This document shows positions 1 to 6,410 of a stretch of DNA of 7,753 nt, one piece after another. The notes under the pieces were generated by a model. The model did not search any database. It was not told the DNA's origin and saw only the letters and a program-made list of their open reading frames with translations. The position numbers and the translations under genes are program-made. The stretch spans positions 1 to 7,753 of the IMG/VR virus record IMGVR_UViG_2751185961_000003, one strand, 5' to 3'. This stretch comes from a virus. Lineage: Duplodnaviria; Heunggongvirae; Uroviricota; Caudoviricetes. Positions within the stretch are counted from its first letter, which is position 1; every line of letters begins with the position of its first letter.

Positions 1-95
1 GCCAGGTCATAAACCTCTTCGGCAGTGACATCGCTGTTCAGTCCCATTTCATGGCGATATATGATTTTTTCTACTCGTTGTTTTGTGATCGTCAT
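1..95 (-). CDS. Hypothetical protein, N-terminal part only (runs off the window start); begins MTITKQRVEKIIYRHEMGLNSDVTAEEVYDL
   Basis: ATG at 93-95 on minus strand with purine-rich GGAG/AAGAG upstream; open frame to position 1; same orientation as the neighbouring operon. Not in ORF track because it is truncated. Confidence 0.4.
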   Translation of the reverse strand, partial: MTITKQRVEKIIYRHEMGLNSDVTAEEVYDL

Positions 96-125
96 TTTTC
101 TCTTCACTCCGATATACAAGGATTA

Positions 126-365
126 CTACACCCCCTCTGCTGATTGCGCGAGCTGGATCCCCTGGTTCCATGCCGTCAATTCCGAAGGCTTCGAAAATGC
201 ATCCATTGCCTTCTGGCGTTGCTCCTGCTTACGGCGTTTATTCCATTTTTTCATGAACAACAGTGACAGCCATCGTCCGCTGCTGAACATGATGTAGAAA
301 TAACCAAGAAGTGCCAGGCCGGTGTTCAGGGCCATATCAATCGTTATCGCCGGGTCAATATTCAC
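126..365 (-). CDS. Small predicted membrane protein (79 aa): N-terminal hydrophobic helix then a highly basic K/R-rich segment
   Basis: GTG start at 363-365 preceded by AGGAGG with 6-nt spacer; start overlaps the 3' end of the upstream gene; hydrophobic stretch LALLGYFYIMF followed by KKWNKRRKQEQRQK. Confidence 0.5.
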   Translation of the reverse strand: MNIDPAITIDMALNTGLALLGYFYIMFSSGRWLSLLFMKKWNKRRKQEQRQKAMDAFSKPSELTAWNQGIQLAQSAEGV

Positions 366-657
366 TGCCCACCTCCTGAAAAATCACCGCATGGCCCAGT
401 TTCTCCGCCAGTGCCAGCTCAGCCCTTGCACCTGCCGACTGCTGCCAGCCTTTCAGCATGTAAACCGCATCCACGCAACGGAGCATTGCCATGCAAATAT
501 CCATGTAGTGTGGTTGAGTCAGCCCGTCCGGAAGTACTGCCGGGTTTAAAACGGTATGCCCTTCCCGTTTCAGTACCTCTTCCGCATTGTGAAACGCCTC
601 ACGGTTGAAATTTTTATACCCGGTCATTGGACCGGCGATATAGACTCTCACCCTCAC
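355..657 (-). CDS. DUF4406 / nucleoside 2-deoxyribosyltransferase-like prophage protein (100 aa)
   Basis: Translation MRVRVYIAGPMTGYKNFNREAFHNAEEVLKREGHTVLNPA matches the family's N-terminal YIAGPMTG motif from memory; GTG start at 655-657 with AGGAGG 7 nt upstream; GTGA start/stop overlap with the upstream gene. Confidence 0.65.
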   Translation of the reverse strand: MRVRVYIAGPMTGYKNFNREAFHNAEEVLKREGHTVLNPAVLPDGLTQPHYMDICMAMLRCVDAVYMLKGWQQSAGARAELALAEKLGHAVIFQEVGSEY

Positions 658-1046
658 TCCATCACCTCCTGAAAGTTTCCCCGATAGAACGCCAGCACAC
701 GCTGCATAACTTCGCTCCTCCTGCTCTCACGACAAATTATGTTCTGCCGTCTGTTGTAACGACGTATTTCTCCGTCAGGTAACTTTCGAATCAGTGTCGG
801 GTCAGCAGCCTTCTCCGGTGTCTTACGCCATACGCGATACGCCTGCTCTGATGGAAATACCCCGCAACCAGAGAGCCAGACATCACCACTGGCCGCAAGC
901 GCACCAGATAAACGACGAATAGCGGTCTTACTGACACCCGTTTTATCTGCCAGTTGTCGAAAAGTTTCTCGTCCGCTCAGGCGCACGAATTCCACAATGC
1001 GCGCCTTCACTTCTTCCCGCTCTTCTGGTGTAAATACTTTTGCCAT
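654..1046 (-). CDS. Helix-turn-helix domain protein (about 130 aa), function unknown
   Basis: ATG at 1044-1046 with GGAGG 5 nt upstream; the ORF-track start at 1061 is a TTG extension. HTH-like segment RQLADKTGVSKTAIRRL. Confidence 0.65.
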   Translation of the reverse strand: MAKVFTPEEREEVKARIVEFVRLSGRETFRQLADKTGVSKTAIRRLSGALAASGDVWLSGCGVFPSEQAYRVWRKTPEKAADPTLIRKLPDGEIRRYNRRQNIICRESRRSEVMQRVLAFYRGNFQEVME

Positions 1047-1061
1047 AAGCGCCTCCGGCAA

Positions 1062-1787
1062 TCACTTTTCCGACACAATACGACCGGATGAATCGACAAT
1101 CTGTCGAACAATATCCCGGTGCTTGTTCAGCTCCCGCAGCGCGGCGCAGACTCGCTCCCACTTCTGAACCTGACCTTTTGCCCGGCGCAGCTCGCGGTTA
1201 GCCACATGCAGCGATGGTAAAATCAGACCATCCGGATGTTTTCTGGTGAACGACGGCTGTGACTGCACTGTGACCGCCACACTTTCCGTTTTTATTTCTT
1301 CCTGTGTTTCTGCTTCCCGGACAGGTAACGCAACACCTGCTGGCTGAGGAAAGGCTTTACCATCGGTTTCCGCTACGGATGCAGCTTCCGGCTCTGCCGG
1401 TAAATCAGCGCCCGGTATGCAGTAACGAAATTTACCGCCCTGATTCACGCGAATCAGACGCCCTTTGCTGATTGCCATGGCCAGCGATGAATTCGCCCGG
1501 CGGGAGGTAATCCCGAACATCAGTGCCAGCTCATCCGCCGTTTGTGGGCCATGTTGTTCAATCGCCTCAGTCAGCATTTGCGCTGTCACTTTCGGTACCG
1601 GTGACACCGGTTCACTTTCACCAGCCTGAATCAGCCGCCACATCGAACCCTTGTTATCCGCTTCACCGCGGCGCTTCAGTTTCCACAGTTCGTTGACCGC
1701 ATCTTCACGGCTGATTCCAAGGCGGGCCGCCACTACCTGTGAAGAGGCTCTTTTCAGTGCTTTCAGTGCGTCAAATACGGTTTCCAT
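1062..1787 (-). CDS. Hypothetical prophage protein (about 241 aa) with two winged-helix-like segments; possibly DUF1627-like
   Basis: ATG at 1785-1787 with GGAGG 8 nt upstream; the ORF-track start at 1805 is a TTG extension. Family guess is from memory only. Confidence 0.6.
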   Translation of the reverse strand: METVFDALKALKRASSQVVAARLGISREDAVNELWKLKRRGEADNKGSMWRLIQAGESEPVSPVPKVTAQMLTEAIEQHGPQTADELALMFGITSRRANSSLAMAISKGRLIRVNQGGKFRYCIPGADLPAEPEAASVAETDGKAFPQPAGVALPVREAETQEEIKTESVAVTVQSQPSFTRKHPDGLILPSLHVANRELRRAKGQVQKWERVCAALRELNKHRDIVRQIVDSSGRIVSEK

Positions 1788-1820
1788 TAAAATTTCCTCC
1801 GACAAAATCGTTTCTCAGAT

Positions 1821-2387
1821 TCAAATAAAACCAGCTGCCTTCCGGCGTTCGTATTCCTGTTTCAGCCGTTCAATTGGCGTTGGCCCTTGCGGGTGTTTCG
1901 CCCCTTCCAGTTGTCGTCGCACTGGCGGAACACTCATCCCGTTACCAACATGCTTTGCCCATTTCGTCAGTTGCCGTTCCGCAAGTCGTTTTAACTCACC
2001 CTGCGTCATCTGGCGCTCAATCCCTCTGGTACGCATTTCGAGGCAGATGTGGTACAGCACAGGCTGTGGCCACGGGTATTTATCACTCCCGTCGTATCGC
2101 CAGGATTCATTGCGCCAGCGCCGGTACTCTTCCATCACGGCATCCACCGTAAGACCAAATGGATTTGCCCCACTCTCCGAAATCAGCGCAACAAACTCAG
2201 CCAGGTCCGGGGGCCACGTTTCACCCGCCCGGCAGCGGTCCATGCACTGACGGCAGACCAGCCGGATTTGCTGTTCAGTCATCGTGCCAATCTGGGCAAT
2301 CCAGAGCTTCGAAGGTGCGGCCCCGTTCTTCTGAGTCCAGCGGTTCGAATACACCTCCCCCATAAGCTCCCACAGCTTCCAGGCCAT
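1821..2387 (-). CDS. Lambda P-like replication protein (putative DnaB helicase loader)
   Basis: Translation (WIAQIGTMTEQQ..., PPDLAEFVAL, YPW, MTQGELKRLAERQ) aligns by eye with lambda P as I remember it. Start uncertain: ATG 2385-2387 (MAWKLW) or 2361-2363, both with weak SD; the ORF-track N-terminus to 2483 looks non-coding. Confidence 0.65.
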   Translation of the reverse strand: MAWKLWELMGEVYSNRWTQKNGAAPSKLWIAQIGTMTEQQIRLVCRQCMDRCRAGETWPPDLAEFVALISESGANPFGLTVDAVMEEYRRWRNESWRYDGSDKYPWPQPVLYHICLEMRTRGIERQMTQGELKRLAERQLTKWAKHVGNGMSVPPVRRQLEGAKHPQGPTPIERLKQEYERRKAAGFI

Positions 2388-2991
2388 TTCCGTTGCTGAT
2401 AAATCCGTTGTCTCGTTCCCACTGTTCGCGTGCTGCCCGGATTTCCTGAACTGCCCGTGATGCCGTGCCACCTGATGCTGCATGGCTTACCCCCTTGCTG
2501 ACTGGTTTTACCTGTGCCCTGACGTGCTGCACGTGGCGGGCAAATTTCTGCTCCCACTGAACCTGCGTGAAAACCTTCCCCTCCGCCATCCAGTAATCCC
2601 GGAATGCGGCAAGCTCTGCAGGTGTAAATTCCGGCTCAGGCAGAGCCATACCCCACACTGCTGCCCGTTGTCGAAAATCCGACGACGGCTGCCAGACAGT
2701 AGTCATCGAAAATTTCCCGATCGGTTCGCTCAGGCCGTCCAGGTATTCAGGTTCGGCTGTCTGCAACGGCGCACCATGCGACTCACCGGTTGGAGCACTC
2801 TCGCGCATGCGCGCGTTATGTGTGGGGTTTAATTCTGTATCTGTATCTTTATCTGTCGTGACTTGTCGTGACAGATGCGTGACACGCCGTGACATGTCGT
2901 GACATTTCGTGACGCACTCACCAGAAGGTGGATATACACCGCCATCACTGTTGCGATTGGCTGTCCTGAGACCCTGGCAATGGTTCGCCAT
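2275..2991 (-). CDS. DnaT-like C-terminal domain fragment of a replication initiator (YdaU-like); frame lacks its own convincing start
   Basis: Segment GKFSMTTVWQPSSDFRQRAAVWGMALPEPEFTPAELAAFRDYWMAEGKVFTQVQWEQKFARHVQ closely parallels E. coli DnaT (GKFAMYPDWQPDADF...[20 protein letters not shown]) from memory. Upstream part of this frame runs through the iteron array with no credible SD. Confidence 0.6.
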   Translation of the reverse strand: MANHCQGLRTANRNSDGGVYPPSGECVTKCHDMSRRVTHLSRQVTTDKDTDTELNPTHNARMRESAPTGESHGAPLQTAEPEYLDGLSEPIGKFSMTTVWQPSSDFRQRAAVWGMALPEPEFTPAELAAFRDYWMAEGKVFTQVQWEQKFARHVQHVRAQVKPVSKGVSHAASGGTASRAVQEIRAAREQWERDNGFISNGNGLEAVGAYGGGVFEPLDSEERGRTFEALDCPDWHDD

Positions 2992-3041
2992 TTGGGATCA
3001 TTTGGCATGTCATGCCACAATCTGAGCCAGGCATTAGCCAT
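2829..3041 (-). CDS. N-terminal fragment of the replication initiator (YdaU/DUF1376-like), terminated inside the iteron/AT-rich region
   Basis: ATG at 3039-3041 with GAGG 5 nt upstream; conserved-looking MANAWLRLWHDMPNDPKWRTIARVSGQPIATVMAVYIHLL; stop TAA at 2829-2831; a different frame continues into the DnaT-like domain. Confidence 0.55.
   Translation of the reverse strand: MANAWLRLWHDMPNDPKWRTIARVSGQPIATVMAVYIHLLVSASRNVTTCHGVSRICHDKSRQIKIQIQN
2835..2914. repeat. Iteron-like array: six tandem about 10-bp units (consensus tgtCGTGACa) next to an AT-rich CTGTAT-repeat tract; putative replication origin
   Basis: CGTGAC at 2857, 2867, 2878, 2888, 2898, 2908 (spacing 10, 11, 10, 10, 10); each unit has TGTC/GACA dyad arms; CTGTAT tandem at 2835-2846. 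Confidence 0.7.
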
Positions 3042-3109
3042 ACTCACCTCATCTGATACCGAACTTTACCCTCGAACATCCAGAAGAAATCCGGCATGAA
3101 TATTGTTGG

Positions 3110-3535
3110 TCAATGCACGACAACAGCATTACCAGGCTGACCACCACTGTTAGTCAGGGTGCCCCAGGCGATCGCCGCTGCGACAAAATCATCCACATCT
3201 TTCACCAGCCGATCCCTCCGTTCGACGATCTCACGGTAATATTCAGAGCTGTGACTGCGCATACGGGCCACCAGCAGAGGCGGCATTGCCTTTTCGATCG
3301 CCGGTAACAGAGCCTGAATTTTTTCAACAGCATCAGGGGTGTCTTTATCCAGCCAACGGAAAATTTTCTGGGTATTACGAGCCAGGGCTTCCGGATGGCT
3401 GTCGTCGTACAGTTCCGGGAACGTCATTCCCAGCTCGAAATACGCTTTGGTAATTTTCGCAGCCGGTACTTTTTCGCCGTCCGGATGCGCCCAGACATTC
3501 ATCGCCATGCGGATGTGCTCATGTTTGATTTTCAT
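3110..3535 (-). CDS. YdaT-like (CII-like) prophage regulator, 141 aa
   Basis: ATG at 3533-3535 with GGGAG 7 nt upstream; ATGA overlap with the upstream Cro-like gene; N-terminus MKIKHEHI and gene position (Cro-like, this, replication gene) match the Rac ydaS-ydaT-ydaU arrangement as I recall it. Confidence 0.65.
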   Translation of the reverse strand: MKIKHEHIRMAMNVWAHPDGEKVPAAKITKAYFELGMTFPELYDDSHPEALARNTQKIFRWLDKDTPDAVEKIQALLPAIEKAMPPLLVARMRSHSSEYYREIVERRDRLVKDVDDFVAAAIAWGTLTNSGGQPGNAVVVH

Positions 3536-3786
3536 GAATCAACTCCCATCAGCTTTTTCGTGGTAGTTTTATTTCTGCCAATAGTTAATATTGCATCGGC
3601 AGAAAATAATCCGTTTGATGCAAGAGCGATTTTTTCAGCGTAATTGGTTTCACCGGTATATTCAGTGCGCGGCAATTTCCCGTTATTAATCCACTTGTAG
3701 ATTGCTCTTTGGCTGACACCACAAACGTCGGACACAACAGAAACACGAACAGTTTTGATTACATCTTCAAGTGTGTTCTGGTTCAT
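3532..3786 (-). CDS. Cro/YdaS-like HTH regulator (84 aa)
   Basis: ATG at 3784-3786 with GGAG 5 nt upstream; HTH VSDVCGVSQRAIYKWINNGKLP; divergent from the repressor gene. The ORF-track N-terminal extension to 3858 would cross the promoter region. Confidence 0.7.
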   Translation of the reverse strand: MNQNTLEDVIKTVRVSVVSDVCGVSQRAIYKWINNGKLPRTEYTGETNYAEKIALASNGLFSADAILTIGRNKTTTKKLMGVDS

Positions 3787-3802
3787 ACCATCTCCATAAT
3801 GT

Positions 3803-3865
3803 GAACTTTGGGTACATGATATAGCAGAACTGACAGTACATTCAATAGCGAATATCATTGAACTT
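3803..3865. promoter_or_regulatory. Divergent immunity-region promoters with operator-like repeats (PRM-like plus-strand and PR-like minus-strand)
   Basis: Plus: -35 cTGACA 3830-3835, 17-bp spacer, -10 TATCAT 3853-3858, 7 bp to the ATG at 3866 (leaderless geometry). Minus: -35 TTGAAT (plus 3840-3845), -10 TATATC (plus 3818-3823). Repeats GAAC-N5-GTACAT at 3803-3817 and 3827-3841; dyad TTCAAT-N10-ATTGAA at 3841-3862. Confidence 0.5.
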
Positions 3866-4285
3866 ATGGTTCATGAAGATAAAGCGCGTAAAGAGTTCGC
3901 CAGCAGGCTTGCGCTAGCCTGTGAAAACGCTGGTTATGAACAACACGGGAGGCAGGCAGAAATTGCCCGTCGAATGAAATTAACACCAAAAGCGGTCAGT
4001 AAATGGTTTAATGGCGAAACAATTCCTCGACGAGAGAAATTGAGGGAATTAGCAGCACTCATAGGAACAACGCCAACATATCTTTTGGGCGAGGATACAG
4101 AAAGTAGTGCGCAGGCACGCTTCTATCAGGAGTTAAACCCAAAACAAAAAATCATCATTGACCTTCTAGACGAGCTACCTGACAGTGAAACAGATGAGCT
4201 TTTAAAAACTCTTGAGGAAAAAAAACAGAAGTACAATGCAATTTACGAAGAATTAACACGAAAGAAAAAACAAAAAGCCTCTTGA
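3866..4285 (+). CDS. DicA/RacR-type (cI-like) HTH repressor without peptidase domain, 139 aa
   Basis: N-terminal XRE-type HTH (QAEIARRMKLTPKAVSKWFNGETIPRREKLRELAALIGTTPTYLLGED); acidic/coiled C-terminus (LLDELPDSETDELLKTLEEKKQ) with DicA-like architecture; no SD, consistent with a leaderless transcript. Confidence 0.75.
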   Translation: MVHEDKARKEFASRLALACENAGYEQHGRQAEIARRMKLTPKAVSKWFNGETIPRREKLRELAALIGTTPTYLLGEDTESSAQARFYQELNPKQKIIIDLLDELPDSETDELLKTLEEKKQKYNAIYEELTRKKKQKAS

Positions 4286-4373
4286 TCCAGCATAAATCCG
4301 GTAACATCCCTCCGGGTTTGTGCTTCACTTAATCCCTCCTCATTTTTTTAAACATAAAATGTACTAAAAGTAC

Positions 4374-4406
4374 TTTACACAAATGAACAAAAAGTACATC
4401 ATACAT
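4374..4406 (+). promoter_or_regulatory. Candidate left-operon promoter/operator (OL-like): third copy of GAAC-N5-GTACAT
   Basis: GAAC 4385-4388, GTACAT 4394-4399, same spacing as the two copies at 3803-3841; TTTACA at 4374-4379 is a possible -35, with only weak -10 candidates 17 bp downstream; nearby GTACT-AAAA-GTACT at 4361-4375. Confidence 0.35.
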
Positions 4407-4578
4407 CTACCAACCCACCCCGCTCCACAGAACGCCAGGCAATACTTCGAGTTACCAGGCAGTGGCAAGGGGTTAAGTAGCCAGCCCGAGGCGTAAGAAC
4501 ATGACGGCAGGGTTCAACTTTAACTATGCAGCAGGTTTTTGTTCCGCTCCCCCGGCGTTAAGGGGAAATGAGGTCAGC

Positions 4579-4731
4579 ATGGATACTATCGAGCTTGGCA
4601 ACAGCGAATCTCTGGTATGCGGCGTGTTTCCCAACCAGTACGGCACGTTTACCGCGATGACGTATACCAAAAGTAAAACGTTTAAAACCGAAGCTGGCGC
4701 GCATCGCTGGTTAGCAAGAAACTCCGACTGA
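4579..4731 (+). CDS. YdfA-like small protein (DUF1391), 50 aa
   Basis: ATG 4579-4581 with GAGG 5 nt upstream; MDTIELGNSESLVCGVFPNQYGTFTAMTYTKSKTFKTEAGAHRWLARNSD resembles Qin YdfA from memory. ORF-track start at 4501 has no SD. Confidence 0.6.
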   Translation: MDTIELGNSESLVCGVFPNQYGTFTAMTYTKSKTFKTEAGAHRWLARNSD

Positions 4732-4742
4732 TGAGGTTGACG

Positions 4743-5144
4743 ATGGAATTTAAAGATTTACCAGTACCATTCCAGGAAATGGCATCGAATGCGGTTCGCT
4801 CTCAACTGGCGACTCTTGACCTGAGTACCGTAGAAAAAGAAACCATCGATACTATATCCGGTAACGTGCGTCGTGCCTTTATAGGTCTGTATGAAGAGAA
4901 GCGCCTATTCGGCGGACAGAATTCGCCTGAAAACAAGAATCAAGCAAATGATGAGAAGCTGAAACACATTATCGCCTTACTTTTGGAAGACGCAAAACGT
5001 CTACAGCAACTGGAACCAAATGCAGGCACAGAGGCCCGCATTTGGATTGCCATGAAATCACTCAAATGTGAAAGCAGTGATTATTTCAAAACAACAATTA
5101 AAACTACTCAACTTTCGGGAGAGCTACTGAAGAAATTGCCATAA
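4743..5144 (+). CDS. Hypothetical protein (133 aa), no family recognised; sits where ydfB/ydfC lie in Qin
   Basis: ATG 4743-4745 with GAGG 6 nt upstream; alternatively ATG 4731 overlapping the upstream stop (TGATG). Helical-looking, no transmembrane segment. Confidence 0.6.
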   Translation: MEFKDLPVPFQEMASNAVRSQLATLDLSTVEKETIDTISGNVRRAFIGLYEEKRLFGGQNSPENKNQANDEKLKHIIALLLEDAKRLQQLEPNAGTEARIWIAMKSLKCESSDYFKTTIKTTQLSGELLKKLP

Positions 5145-5383
5145 GAGCATGGTCTTTCTCTTGTTCTGCAAGATGAGCATTAATACCTGGTATGGTTTTT
5201 TCAAATTTATCTATCTGTTGAATAACAACTTCGCGGTATACGTTTGTTTTTGTACCACCAAGCGCAGCCGTTAATGCAGAAAGCATATTTAGTATCATAT
5301 CAGTACGATATGAAAAGAATCCTGATAGCTTCATCTTGTTTTTCAATAATAGATTGCAGGGCCTCAATTTGCTTTTTATCCAT
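5104..5383 (-). CDS. AT-rich convergent ORF with frame ambiguity: 27-aa peptide from the SD-supported ATG, or a frameshifted about 90-aa protein
   Basis: AGGAGG (5389-5394) 5 nt upstream of ATG 5381-5383 gives MDKKQIEALQSIIEKQDEAIRILFISY then stop; the 94-aa track ORF is in another frame whose GTG start (5386-5388) abuts the SD. 3' end overlaps the plus-strand gene by 41 nt. Confidence 0.3.
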
Positions 5384-5704
5384 TTCACCCTCCTGAGGGT
5401 TGGTAATTAAGGAGTTCTCCACGGGTCAGGTGGAGTGCGTGCGCCGGACACGGGTGAGCATCCGGCACTGACAGTTTACTGAAAGGATATGTCCCTGAAA
5501 AGTCAGGGCATAACGCGAAAGCGCACGGCGAAATTGGTCTCTCTGTACGGTGTCGTTAAATTTAGTTCGACCGTGCACTTCCGGTTGTGGCACTCCGCGA
5601 AATGGCGCGGCGGTAAGTATGGCTGGGGTTTCCTCCATTGCTCCAGAAAATGCACCGGGTTGTCAGGTTGACCATACGCTTAAGTGACAGCCCCGCCACA
5701 ATAC

Positions 5705-5762
5705 CCATGCGTAGTCTTTGGTGGCATCAGTTCTACTCCGTGACTGCTCTGCCACCCTTTTT
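5705..5762 (+). ncRNA. dicF: DicF-like small RNA (cell-division-inhibiting sRNA homolog)
   Basis: 3' 41 nt (tttggtggcatcagttctactccgtgactgctctgccaccc + T5) about 90% identical to E. coli K-12 DicF as I remember it, with a compensatory stem change (GGCGG/CCGCC to GGTGG/CCACC); located just upstream of a dicB homolog. Confidence 0.55.
5720..5762 (+). terminator. Intrinsic terminator-like hairpin forming the DicF 3' end
   Basis: Stem GGTGGCA (5720-5726) / TGCCACC (5750-5756) followed by CTTTTT (5757-5762). Confidence 0.5.
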
Positions 5763-5944
5763 AAAGTGAATTTTGTGATGCGGTGAATGCGGCTATGCGC
5801 ACGCGGAACAGTTAAAACCGTAAAGTGGTCTTTTACGGGGCGTAACGGGCATCCTTCTGTATTCCGGCGTTAATTGTTAACTGGTTAACGTCACCTGGAG
5901 GCACCAGGCACTGCATCACAAAATTCATTGTTGAGGACGCGATA

Positions 5945-6133
5945 ATGGAAACGTTATTACCAAACGTTAATACGTCTGAAGGTTGTTTTGATATTGGTGT
6001 TCTGCTCAGTAACCGGGAGTTTACGGAAGATGCCATTAAGATGAGAAAATATGAACCTTATCTTCTCAATGATAATTCCATACTTTCCAGAATTGCCCTT
6101 CTTGAACTTGGTATTATCGGAGAACAGCAGTGA
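5945..6133 (+). CDS. dicB: DicB-like cell division inhibitor, 62 aa
   Basis: METLLPNVNTSEGCFDIGVLLSN... closely resembles K-12 DicB N-terminus (MKTLLPNVNTSEGCFEIGV...) from memory; GAGG 8 nt upstream of ATG; follows the dicF-like element. Confidence 0.8.
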   Translation: METLLPNVNTSEGCFDIGVLLSNREFTEDAIKMRKYEPYLLNDNSILSRIALLELGIIGEQQ

Positions 6134-6318
6134 CTTCAGCGTTTGCACTGATAATGACCGTTTTTCTTATAACGGGTGAGCCGCAGAATGTGATTACCGG
6201 AATTTATGACAGTAAGTCATCCTGCATTCAGGTAAGGGACGAACAAAAAATCCCCGGTGAATGCCTCCCGTTAAAAAAAGTATCGCTGTACCTGAATAAC
6301 GAAACACCGGCTGGATAA
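6130..6318 (+). CDS. YdfD-like small protein (62 aa)
   Basis: GTG start overlapping the dicB stop (GTGA) with GGAG 7 nt upstream; MTSAFALIMTVFLITGEP... has a hydrophobic N-terminus and sits where ydfD follows dicB in Qin. Confidence 0.6.
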   Translation: MTSAFALIMTVFLITGEPQNVITGIYDSKSSCIQVRDEQKIPGECLPLKKVSLYLNNETPAG

Positions 6319-6410
6319 CCCGCCAGCCATATTAACGCCATACCAACGGATTAAAAATGCCAGCAATGGCAGGAATTTGTTCATCCTTAAAATGGTTATG
6401 AGGTTTATCA

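Noticed and set aside
25-297. Plus-strand ORF of 90 aa
   Set aside because: Antisense to two minus-strand genes with good SD starts; no SD of its own.
943-1161. Minus-strand 72-aa ORF
   Set aside because: Alternate frame spanning the junction of two SD-supported genes; arginine-rich, no SD.
1651-2250. Plus-strand ORF of 199 aa
   Set aside because: Antisense to the SD-supported P-like gene and the neighbouring minus-strand gene; S/R/C-rich low-complexity translation; no SD.
2279-2557. Minus-strand 92-aa ORF in a third frame
   Set aside because: G/R/S-rich translation overlapping the better-supported DnaT-like and P-like frames.
2482-2832. Plus-strand ORF of 116 aa
   Set aside because: Antisense to the DnaT-like domain coding region, which has recognisable similarity on the minus strand.
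2835-2914. Possible CRISPR array
   Set aside because: Units are only about 10 bp with no intervening unique spacers; the pattern is iteron-like, not CRISPR.
4286-4350. Intrinsic terminator after the repressor gene
   Set aside because: A T-run is present at 4342-4349 but no convincing GC-rich stem precedes it.
4501-4578. N-terminal extension of the YdfA-like ORF from ATG 4501
   Set aside because: No SD; the downstream ATG at 4579 has GAGG at ideal spacing and gives the expected size of about 50 aa.
5426-5671. Plus 60-aa and minus 70-aa ORFs in the GC-rich stretch
   Set aside because: SD spacing too short (2-3 nt) for both; region better explained as structured RNA around the DicF precursor. 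Kept only as a low-probability alternative.
5818-5838. Hairpin between dicF and dicB as a terminator
   Set aside because: No U-tract follows; dicB lies downstream and probably needs read-through.
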